Assembly: GCA_965248925.1 (NCBI GenBank) | Contig: CBDFLE010000005.1 | Coordinates: forward strand, 2,293,354-2,357,353 | Length of the DNA stretch: 64,000 nt | From: Candidatus Multivoradales bacterium | GTDB taxonomy: Bacteria > Acidobacteriota > Thermoanaerobaculia > Multivoradales > J023 | Reading direction: 5' to 3' | Shown: positions 21,901-27,800 of the stretch, in pieces | Layout: the number at the start of each line of letters is the position of its first letter | Position numbering within the stretch: the stretch's first letter is position 1 | The notes under the pieces: generated by a model | What the model saw: only the letters and a program-made list of their open reading frames with translations | Told to the model about the DNA's origin: nothing | Databases searched by the model: none | Program-made: the position numbers and the translations under genes

Positions 21901-24892
21901 CCTGCTGCACTACACCTTGGTGTTGCGCAATCTCGGCGCTGGCGCCGCCACCGGCTTGCTGTTGAGCGATCCGATTCCGGCCCACACCAATGTCGTACCC
22001 GGCTCGGTCCTCAGCAGCCTGGGCACAGTGCTCAACGAACAGCCTCTAGAAGTGGCAATCAACGAGCTAGCCGCCGGAACGGTAGCGACGGTGAGCTTCT
22101 CCGTGCGCATCGATCAGCCCTTGGCCAGGGGGGTTGAAGAGATCGTCAATCAAAGTACCTTGACCGCCGACGACCAGCCCATTCTGCTGAGCGACGACCC
22201 GACCCTCGCCGGCAGCGCCGATCCGACAGTCATCGCGGTGCTCACCGGCACTCCCAGACTGCTGCCCCGCAAGACCGCCCTACTCTTCGACGACCGCGAC
22301 GGCGATGGCCTGCTGTCGCCCGGCGATGGCTTGCTCTATCTGATCGAGGTTGGCAATCGGGGCGATGGTCTGGCCACCGGGCTGCGGCTCGAAGACTCCC
22401 TGCCTCCAGGTACCAGCCTAGAAGCCGGCTCGGTGCAGACTTCCCAGGGCACAGTGCTCAGCGAGCAGCCGTTGATCATCGACCTCGGCCAGTTGGGCAG
22501 CGGTGCCGAAGCCACCGTGACCTTGGTGCTGCGTATCGCCGAGCCCTTCCCCGCCGATCAACTGGCGGTGGTCAACCAGGCACGGATCACTAGCGCCGAG
22601 CTGCCTCTCTTGCTGACCGACGATCCGACCACCAGCGCGGTCGACGATGCCACCGTCCGCGAGGTGTTCATCACTCCGACGGTGTCTCTCAGCGACAGCT
22701 CAGTCTCCGAGAACAGTGGCCCGGCCAGCTTCGACCTACTGCTGTCGACCCCGCCCAATCGGCCCCTGTCAGTCGCCTGGCAGACCGCCGATGGCACGGC
22801 CAGCGCGGGCAACGACTACTTGGCCACCAACGGCAGCAGCGAGCTAGCCGCTGGCGAGACTGCCGCGGTGGTGGAAATCGAAATCGTCGACGACCAGCTC
22901 AACGAGCACGACGAGACCTTCCTACTTCAGTTGACGGCGGCCACCGGTGCAGTGATCGGCGATGGCGCAGGGCAAGCGACCATCACCGACCAGGATCCAC
23001 CACCGGCCATCACCCTCGGCGACGCCAGCACCTTGGAGGGTGATGCTGGAGCCACTCCGGTGGGACTCAAATTGCTGCTGTCGAACGCCAGCGGCCTCGA
23101 CATCGCGGTCGACTACACCACTGTCGACGGCAGCGCCATCGGCGGCGAGGACTACCGTAGGAAGAGCAGCAGCCTAGCGATCGCCGCGGGCGAGACCAGC
23201 GCCACCCTCGAGGTCGAAGTGCTCGGCGACCTCAAGGATGAGCTCGACGAGAGCTTCGCGGTGCTAGTCACCTCGGCTTCGGGAGCCACCGTGGCCGACC
23301 CCAGCGGCACCATCGAGGTGATCGACGACGACCAGACCCGCCTATCGGTCCTCGACCGCACCGTCACAGAAGGTGACGAGGGTAGCCGCGAAGCGGCCTT
23401 CGAGGTGCGCCTCAGCCACGAGAGCGACCGTCCGGTGAGCGTCGACTACCAAACCCGCGAGGACACCGCGCGAACCGGCGAGGATTTCCTGGCGACCCAA
23501 GACACCCTGCTGCTGGAGGCCGGCCGCATGCGAGCCGAGATCGCAGTGCCCGTGCTGGGCGACGAGATCTTCGAGCCCTTGGAGGAGACCTTCCACCTCG
23601 ATCTGACCCATCCCATCGGCGCCGAGCTGGCCACCGCCAGCGCGCTAGGTACGATCCTCGACGACGAGCTCTGCGCCGGCCCCGAGCTGCTGCGCAATCC
23701 GGGGGCCGAGCTGCCCCTGCTAGGGAGCGATCTGCCCAACGAACAGGCACAGCTGGCGGTGTGGGTCCAGGTCGCTGGTGAGCATTGGTACCGGCGTGAG
23801 CAAGATCCGCTGGCGGCCGAGGGTGCCGCTTATTTCGCCGCTGGCCAGGCCGAGACAGCCGAACTGTCCCAGGTGGTCGACCTTAGCGGTTACAGCGAAG
23901 TGATCGCCCGCGGCGAGTTGCTGCTGGCCTTCTCCGGCCACCTGCGGACCGCCGAGGAACAGCCCTCGGACACCGCGCGGGTGGTAGTAGAGTACTTCGA
24001 GGAGGATGGGAATTTGCTGCTCGATAGCTTCGACAGCGGCGAGATCGTCAGTCCCTCAGAATGGCTGCGGGTAGAGGATCTACGCTTGGTGCCGGTCGGC
24101 ACCGACCGAGTGCGGGTGCGACTGCTCAGCAACCGCCTGGAGGGCGACACCAGCGATGGCTACTTCGACGCCCTTTCCCTGCGGGTCATCCGCCAACCGG
24201 TGGTCGAGATCGACGACCTACGGATCGCCGAAGGCCACAGTGCCAGCGCGGTCGGCGAGCTGTCCGTCCGGCTGAGCTGCGCGATCGATCGTCCGCTGAG
24301 CATCACTTGGGAAACCGTCGATGGCACAGCGACGAGCGGCGTCGACTACATCGAAGCCCGCGGCGCCCTGGAGCTGGCCAGTGGTACCGTCGGGGGTGTG
24401 ATCGAGGTAGAGATTCTTGGCGATACGGAGCACGAGCTGCACGAGGACTTCTTCGTCGAGCTGCGGGAGATCGAGCCCGCTGGGCTGGCGATAGCGCCCC
24501 AGCCGCGGGGCCGGGTGAGCATCCTCAACGATGATTTCTGCGCTCGCTCGCCAGGCTATTGGCAGCACCACAGCGACCTCTGGCCATTGTCGGAGTTGGC
24601 GTTGGGCGACCAGCAGATCGATCAGAGCGGCACTCTGGCGCTGCTGCAATATGGCGGCTCGGACGCCGCCAGCAAGCTCGCTCGCCAGTTGATTACCACT
24701 GAGTTGAATCTGGCCGTGGGCTCCGATCCGCTAGACATCTTGGCAACCGTCGAAGCCGCCCATGCCTTCCTTGCAGACTGGCCGCCAGGCAGCCGCCCCA
24801 GAGGCCCAGACCGAGCCGAGGCCAACCGGCTAAAAGACATCCTCGACGCCTACAACAATCCCGGCTGCACGCCGGTTGCGGTGCTCCCATGA
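6953..24892 (+). CDS. Giant secreted multidomain surface/scaffold protein (5979 aa)
   Basis: Signal peptide (..ASPVAA). HELMH zinc motif at 7487-7501. Five QxxxGxW/F repeats at ~8100-8850. CARDB repeats (DPDNLVAEADELNN) at ~8860-10575 and ~19970-20320. FlgD-Ig-type SPxGDG units at ~10600, 14480 and 15090. Propellers with WSPDG at ~10940-12180 and ~18980-19830. Fn3 repeats at ~16270-18790. DUF11 at ~20990-22670. Calx-beta at ~22680-23660 and ~24200-24535. ELLRNPGAE lectin/FBA-like domain at ~23680-24190. Domain bounds approximate. Confidence 0.9.
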   Translation: MKTCRRSSLALILGLPLLLALLWIGASPVAADSLWLSTDPLATKDPAAAPKADHVTFRQDHGVVAVLEVEGNYDLRIDGVLNSELRAAVGQEFLAHHPDIYDFLVVFTSFEVDLGPQVLGNHLGLRNSVAGIGLPLFDNSSLFGSNSRLQGYIDMRSVTQNPTQPLAAEFESTLTVLSHELMHQWCCYVDFELANGSISDSLRAANGHWSYLLASDASVMYGGEWQDQGDGTFSNLRRQRAYGPLDRYLAGWLSTEEVPAALLIDNPAIDPATPPPAPGTLLSGIASAIEIAAVVAAEGPRLPATDQAQRDFRIAFLLLLRPGEAVANRDLAGLERVAAEIATRFTVLSGGQALADSGPLADSEGTIGTPGGTFGGDPRPAQDLDLAAALTWLRGRQQPAGYWQDTAGTRVRDTVIALRTLNALDPTFTGAPQALVWLAQQEQPSTDSVARLAAALSLAGQDVSNLREQLAGRQNAGGGWGIEANAASDPLDTALALVVLGGALAEDPAVGFLEASQRTDGGWGHVAAGPSRTTTTTTVLRALQAADRQGAALDAALSFLGGRQNGNDGGFGDSPSTVHDTAQVISTLSRLEALEHIDSAAAKDFLAGRQTDDGSWDGSVYATALAVDSLRRFEVPDWNFAQGLSAQPASPRDGQRVQLEVSVRNASSAAAPAATLRFYNHPPEQGGIVIGDEVPIPALLLGQSATLGTTWDTFDQAGPRRLVAVIDPDNLVAEADELNNRSQLDLTVEPPPAGIDLEIDASEVIAMPAHPTRLPTAVEIAAVVRNFGSSDAANVVLRLFLGEPEFGQLLDQIVLPQVAARNSSSGLLTFQLSDPGSFELWVEAAPEGDVEPSNNRALVRVETAPALDLEILASDLQVSADPAVLGSDVTFTVLAHNRGTVDSVSFALALSVSDGTEVRQLPTLSTQLAAGQTVELEIHWRVDLTGALTFTAAADPDGLLPENDRDNNQASLAFTASALTEPNLSVASLDLSFDPEPALAGAPLQLSILLRNTGGTALSNVAVAFWDGHPQQGGSRITETTVAALAAGDQALVSASWMVSGDQDRLIYATADPDDAVAEIDESDNLAFRPLSVLGLPDLVLSDAALSLTPPFPTPGETALLSARISNLGERPAGPFAVRALRLDAAGNEVLIGEQSLSIAAFDEDSVSFSLTLPADDQPGLLRIIADVLDEVVEGHEDNNQASLAFAVQGSDFFVSERYFSPDGDGLQDSTRLFFRLPAAADVDLVVRNLEGAAIRRFEHVLANGASSGETLWDGRDDQGRLAIDGDYRLTIESHPEGETLGEVLGTALVSLDTNHSSSRLALGSEFARFTRFTCELYEAQRFELSDDERWLYFQALDDTFQPGLYRARPSGPGVPQEVLRGRLTDFAVSANASRLAFSPDLAFGDFEDVFLAAGDGSSASLARPASRVLAFDYLDRLLLLHRAGNDHLEALPRGGGLPIELASWPATEDWRYALSRDRQSLAILLDGSEMRLFDLLSGTTATLTIPGASDPFTLPRDGGDHAVMRWSPDGSLLAIADEDGEQLHLLDQGGTLLHSVPLAAADYPAALQDLDEFSPQDYANANLRAVRPIEWNSRGDQLAVLLIFSGNGIDFFAVMTVDASTGSAAAAAWSAAVETAPVMSPVILGKALGEPSELLPFESGQIPSRIEWWHPDEQLLLYGPQGIELRPGLPLDRVFEDFDDFSPLAFLPSGRGLIFSTVDGIDDPGCFGDDVPDLWSFFSLLNLWVELTVEASEQLGTFQLSGTAADLHLANWRLEWRRTTELEEVWRPIAAPSSTAVVDQPLAQWIAPGPGLYEVRLLVTDLAGNQRQVRRMVANADTPSIANVRLEPAVFSTTGGSTLANHTEVIYDVLLPVNLRFDIFDVSGTFVTTLLRDHPTAGSGFRQLWNGTDSLGRPVPDGGYIIRVAGLELAVEIDSATPRIEHGATLRTERRIEGSCGDLLPIQDLQPLRLFDFFEPNLDTTSFEHGAGATPAIWQPVGSDLIDCFASQTSDLRCQISVPSLTAATSYRATATDLAGNRSVVVSPPRVQTALLIERIDPPAAGRDRRLGGRLQPFFPPSLPGDLLLHQAQLLRLLVAESTAAALNSISIQYRPINAAAPWLSQTVASSAPLDGRFEVIWDATLALRGVELEVRLRGLASDGSELLSNSFPLLLDPVESRGRLRPADLEPTAPHGELLSTLLTEAALDLDHQSVLWAVVKSDDPTLRLSASISSLDDPAFASSQALAVAISAQGIYLLVPRQPLDDDSTYLLSFRLSRPLSCPDGGLPFSLDSSLGSALSVEIDSRFEATDCDPADASLEISMVPRGGALVSLRLEQRLGDELSTVFSIQQPEDGETYRFTPSLSLPLEQAVTFIAAVQDGSGIPAYAQLELPGQPALPLLDLTQPGASQRLCGGAEIPLAGSIDSELLFAYRLQLSRDGESFSTFHEVTQATSLDSLLAIYGDADEEPSLAAGPASWRLQVVDIGGNVVCAEVATEIVELQAMPLIALDNPLISPNGDGLLDQLTVTYDSADPATLSLAIRDPAGNLVRQLASSVAIQGSGALSWDGHDASNQLVADGVYTVAANFGGLCGDLQSLLLAVEVDTTAPEVAIAFPRPGDPLDTLIEIFGSAIDRNFSQFTVERSATGSAVWSLIDSATTPRQDGLLAVWNSFGLQGAHSLRLSASDRAGNRASTQVDLFFDQRLELISDLSAVPRLLSPNGDGQLDASSIVFGLSAAARIDLQIVNSDGAVQLDLLSAVERGAGTHPARWTGELAGGILADDGDYRLRLTAAPLDQPLALQVEDLVLSVDASPPTLALSQPGAGSVVRGTAAITGSVTDPHLLAYRVELASGDAGPWSVLATGSVERLDYDFAHLANVTEGGYFLRLAAEDSAANGSSLPVAFTVDNTPPEVSWQLPENGAVLSGVNGPQNLLGSLVELNLVQYRIEFGAGSNPASWLPIAFGTEVSGSTVSTPWDIAAVADGPYILRLLAEDGAGWISEARRSIEIDNSPPMVALTAPGDGDFITEPTAILGTATDAHLLDYRLAVAAAGSQAFTEVFVGQQAVMTGLLANWAALPPDGPHTLRLSATDLAGQQASVEIEVEIDLTPPPPVVLSGELQQSRDAHLSWTSSAAADLAGYEIQRDGVEISGSPTQTTQLVDAALTTGSYFYTVRAIDHAGLRSPASNEVELTVDIDPPLAVLLRPADGQRVRGLVEVLGSAHSALDFAEYRLSIAEGDLSTGEGSWQLLRRSPVPVLAGDLGQWQAPTLSDATYTLRLEAEDLVGNVADVRLLLTVDNAPPATPTGLAANANGDDVTTSWDANIEPDLAGYLLYRDGQPLGDGSDTGDFGNLLIEPSGNPLELYLDTDVADAEHIYTVVAIDLAGNLSPPSAPAHVVVETGPPRAILVSPEDGREFDQTLFLAAIAEDGDIAQVQFQQRATGAAIWTDLSIDLTPPWEATWDPGILPFGGYQLRALATDFGARGDANPPSLSVTYRDLTAPAAVDGLTLVAVDGGQVELSWNANTSDPDLAGYRVFRAVSSESPTALNSNPISATTYTDNGLADSRYDYTVRAVDDQGNVSLASNSVDALIYTPTLDPLLSPTPESSLDATGTTPVAGASIEAVLVGPAGSQTLAAVLADAAGVFVLPAVSLQAGDQTLTVRSRSGVVLSKPASQGVISAPPPAAPSGLAAVVTGQQVELSWNANSEPDLLGYHLLRDDLRLTEPALTNPDYNESLADGTYGYRVQAVNIHGFESPLSALLEVEVGDGLAPEPVVLSGQAEGSDVVLTWSASASGDVARYRVFRDGLEIGSHADLGDLSYRDQQLANATYVYQVAAVDVGSNVSELSNQVAVTVAIAPLAAPEILAVSPLAEGGVLAVTWQAAPASNPATFELRRATLSGGPYATLQQTPLTSHQDLDLTSGLEYFYIVVAFDSLGNPSPPSAEASGIPGALGPLAPPVFSEPGSAAQPHLTDQLVITVGGRTESGAVVTVLHDGTEIGQASTTEQSQAVPGPGAELSFNPSADGRWAIVYNPFGVGLYDFNSDSETAILGLDPPLSFFADSSAAVFANRGAISRYSLSDGSVELLATIDSASFAVPSPDGQRLAVIGTQQGLTGLWIYDLDSANWTLLIEGFGFDLPQWSPDGVWLAYPRFSQVNIIQVASAAAQVVDPGFSSSLPSWSPDSQTLAYSLSGNQDEDLWLFHLATGSREPLLEGPRDQIEPRFSADGSAVGYIDTDRETEIDGSLFRLDLASGNSEELFHIGPDADGYFNFSITRFWSWTPADALFVDADLTLYRIASGSRFTLLGVEVEPGDNLFTAVAADDLGRISQPAEPMLVTVVIADRPDLEITASDLHLVPAVGRIGEPLRLSVTVHNRGDQAAAPSELALLQLGEDGSSDPLGSPLTVAAIAAGASSTVLVDLGPFAAAGSFEIRAEVDPQGLLPEISEANNQASTNFQVLAGSAPRLTVTTDRATYGAATEVAIRSSVIQGGEPWSGELLVSIEDRQGFLVQALGSTAIEELEIGVELLLDNQWNSANTFAGTYQVHGQLIDSSGQLVAEDLAEFELDEDLELATEVITDQPHYTLGETVQLTGGLTYLNGNAALTGATATLLIKSPAGAVLQQWTEPLGVLLPGASSQLVRNWPSSGNPGLHTARFEIHRAETLLSASETTFELLAEEPLFAELNATKTVELTFDGDGDGFADPGDRLRYRITLSNSGTGPATAVLLEDPIPAHTELVAGSVSGAGTLLSSDPLRVDFGQIAAGASGEINFEVTVDNPLPGGVEEIVNQGTVSADGLESLPTDDPTTPEPLDATRLPVRAAAELVVSKIDILQLDADGNGAASAGDTLRWEIHIENHGNANADQVVLRDFAPQHTSIVVGSATTTGGQIDSEDPLRVSLGALPAGGSATVSFAAMIDSQLTDEVREVLNQATVSSTSLPVVLSDDPDLGGDADPTLTPLEHAPRLVAEKTVSLDAADSDGRAGPGDLLHYTLVLRNLGAGAATGLLLSDPIPAHTNVVPGSVLSSLGTVLNEQPLEVAINELAAGTVATVSFSVRIDQPLARGVEEIVNQSTLTADDQPILLSDDPTLAGSADPTVIAVLTGTPRLLPRKTALLFDDRDGDGLLSPGDGLLYLIEVGNRGDGLATGLRLEDSLPPGTSLEAGSVQTSQGTVLSEQPLIIDLGQLGSGAEATVTLVLRIAEPFPADQLAVVNQARITSAELPLLLTDDPTTSAVDDATVREVFITPTVSLSDSSVSENSGPASFDLLLSTPPNRPLSVAWQTADGTASAGNDYLATNGSSELAAGETAAVVEIEIVDDQLNEHDETFLLQLTAATGAVIGDGAGQATITDQDPPPAITLGDASTLEGDAGATPVGLKLLLSNASGLDIAVDYTTVDGSAIGGEDYRRKSSSLAIAAGETSATLEVEVLGDLKDELDESFAVLVTSASGATVADPSGTIEVIDDDQTRLSVLDRTVTEGDEGSREAAFEVRLSHESDRPVSVDYQTREDTARTGEDFLATQDTLLLEAGRMRAEIAVPVLGDEIFEPLEETFHLDLTHPIGAELATASALGTILDDELCAGPELLRNPGAELPLLGSDLPNEQAQLAVWVQVAGEHWYRREQDPLAAEGAAYFAAGQAETAELSQVVDLSGYSEVIARGELLLAFSGHLRTAEEQPSDTARVVVEYFEEDGNLLLDSFDSGEIVSPSEWLRVEDLRLVPVGTDRVRVRLLSNRLEGDTSDGYFDALSLRVIRQPVVEIDDLRIAEGHSASAVGELSVRLSCAIDRPLSITWETVDGTATSGVDYIEARGALELASGTVGGVIEVEILGDTEHELHEDFFVELREIEPAGLAIAPQPRGRVSILNDDFCARSPGYWQHHSDLWPLSELALGDQQIDQSGTLALLQYGGSDAASKLARQLITTELNLAVGSDPLDILATVEAAHAFLADWPPGSRPRGPDRAEANRLKDILDAYNNPGCTPVAVLP

Positions 24893-27800
24893 ACTGCCCA
24901 ACAACGCGGCCTCGCTTTGCTCGCAGCTTTCGGCGCTGGCTGACCAGCGCTGGAATTCTCCTGCTTGCCAGCGCCGTGCTTGCGACCGAGCCGCCTGCTG
25001 AGACTTCGCGCACCGCGCTAGAGACACGAATCCTCGACCAGCTAGCTCGCGGCCGGTCGATCGAGGGGCCGCTGGCGAGCTGGCGTTCGACCCGTCCAGT
25101 CTCGACCGAGGAATCGCCCACAAAGACTGCGCCTACCAGCCTCAACGAAGCGCTGGTAGAGCTGCGCCAGGCCCTACCCTCGAAGGCTAAGAGCCGCCTT
25201 GACACCTCTGCCCTTACTGCCGCCTGGGAGAGCTTCCAAGCCTGGGACCTGCTGCAAGGCGACCGCTTCGAACGCACCGCCGCCCGCCTCGATGCGGCCG
25301 GCCTCAGCGGCGAGCCCAGAGCCCGCCTAGAGCGGGTCCGCGGCGATTGGCAAGAGTTCCACGACCGCCTGAAGACCCTGCTCGCTGAGCCCTTGGCCAG
25401 TCTCCGAACGGCACAGAGAACCGAGCAGCCGGCCCTCAACGTAGCCGCCAAAGCCGCCGCCGAGCTGCTCGACACTTACCCGGCCACCCTTGACCGCCCA
25501 ATGCTGCGGGCTACCAGCTTGCCCTATCGCCAGCTGCGCCTGCCGGCCCGTCTGCCAGTCACTGAACCGGCGATCGTGCCGAGCTATCTCGATCTCGCCG
25601 ATCCCGGCTCCACGCCTACCGACTTGGAGCCCAGCAGCGCCGCGCCGCTAGCTGATGAGATTCTCTTGCAGGCTGAAGAGCTGGGCTACGACTATGTGGC
25701 GATCTACGAGTTCGTTCGCCACCAGATCGCCACCGAGTGGTACGCCGGCAGCATGAAAGGCGCGCTCGGCACTCTACGCCAGGGAGCCGGCAACGATGTC
25801 GACCAGGCGAGTCTGCTGATCGCCCTCTACCGCGCCAGCGGAGCGGCGGCGCGCTACGTCGGCGGGGTGATTGAATTGCCGCTGCCCTGGCTCAACACCC
25901 AGCTGGGCCTTGACGACGGCACTGCGGTGGCCGACTACTTGGCTCGCGCCGGTATTGCCCACCGGCCAGTGATTCGCGGCGGTCGTATCGCCGCCTTCGA
26001 TGTCGAGCACACCTGGGTCAGCGCTCACGTGCCCTACAGCAATTACCGTGGCTCGGTGGTCGACTTCTCAGGCCGTAGCTGGATCCCGCTGACGCCGGCT
26101 CTGGAACCGGTCGAGAGACAGCCGTCCACCGAGGTGCTGGCGGCGATGGGCTTCACGGCCAACAATTTCGTCACCGAGATGCTGAGCGCGGCCCAGCTCG
26201 AGACCCCGCTGAGCTTGCTGCGCCAGCGAGTCGAGCAATACCTGCTGGACACCGATGGCGGCACCTACGCCGAGCAACTCGGCTCGGTGACCTCTACCGG
26301 CCAACCCCTCGGCCTGCTGCCCAACGGCTTCTATCATCCAGTTCTGGCGGTAACCTTCGAAGACTCCGAGCTACCGGCGAGCGCCCGCCACCGGCTGCGA
26401 TTGATCACCCGCGGCGAGACCACGGCAGGCTCGCCAGCCATCCTCGATCACCAGCTAGACCTACACCAAGCTCTCGGTCGACGTCTGACTCTGTCCTACG
26501 CCCCGGCAACCTCCGACGATCACCTGATTATCAACCTCTGGGGCGGCCTGGCAGAAGTACCACCTTTCCTGGTGCGGCTGCGGCCCCAGCTCTATATCGA
26601 CGGCCGCCGCATCGCCGTCGGCGAGCCGGTGGACGCCGCCAAGCTGCATCGTTTCGAAGCAGTAGTCGAAGGGCCGTTTGGCAGCCAAGAGATCAGCCAG
26701 ATCGTCCTATCAGGCGCCTATCACGCCATCGCTGTGGGCGGTCAGCACTTCCAGGCCACCGAGCTGGCGGACAACGACCCAGGCGACGGCGAGCAGCTCG
26801 CCGCCCGCCTGCTGAGCGGCCTCGCCTACAGCTATGGTGCCGATTGGGACGCCGCTGAGACCGAGATTGGCGGCCTCTTAGCCGTGAGCCCGGCACGGCC
26901 GCTGCCGGCGCTGGTCATCGCCAGCAACTCCTTGCGCGCCGAATTACTGCTGGGAGTGCCGCAGCGGTTGATCTGGGAAGGCGTCACCCTCGACGCCGCG
27001 CTGCGCGTCGCTGAACCCGCAGCTCGTGACGGCTCCACCGAAACCGCCGCCGACTGGATGCGCCTGGCGGCGCTCGAAGGCTCGGCGCTGGAGCAGGCGA
27101 TTTTCGAAGGACAATTCCAGGTCGCGGCAATCTCGGCCGACAGGGGCCTGGCCCTGGCCCGCGACTCGGGCATCGAGGTGCTACGCCTCGACGCTGGCAA
27201 TCTGACCGCCGAGCTGCCCAGCCTGAACCACCCTCAAACCGTGCGTGACGACGTGGTCGCCCTCATCGCCCAAGGGCTGACGGTCGAGATCCCCCGCCAG
27301 CCGATCTCCGTCAGTGCCTGGACCGGCTCGACATGGCGAGCCGAAGATCCAGAGAGCGGCACGGCCGGCTACTTCCTCTCCGGCGGCCTGGCCGGTGGCG
27401 CCACCGTCGAGGCGCCTGAGAACTGGCTGCTGGGCTTCCTCGCCGATGCCCTGGCCGCGCCCATGTCAGACTCCCCCAACACCGATCCTCTCGCTGGCGT
27501 CGAGCTACTCGTCGCCGAGGGTACTGACAGCCAGCTCGGCACCGTCGACAGGGTCTATCGTCACCCTCTGGCGGTGCGCGTGCTCGACGCGGCCGGCCGA
27601 CCGGTCCAGGGCACCGAAGTCACCTTCTACATCTGGGCTGGCGACGGCCGGCTGCTCGACACCCAGAACCAAGAATCCACCAGCCTCACCCTACGCAGCG
27701 ACGCCCGTGGAATGGCCCGCGTCAAGTTACGTTCAGGAAAGCACACCGCGGCTAACCCCCTCTTCCTTCGTCGCTTCGACAGCGACATCTTCCAAACCCG

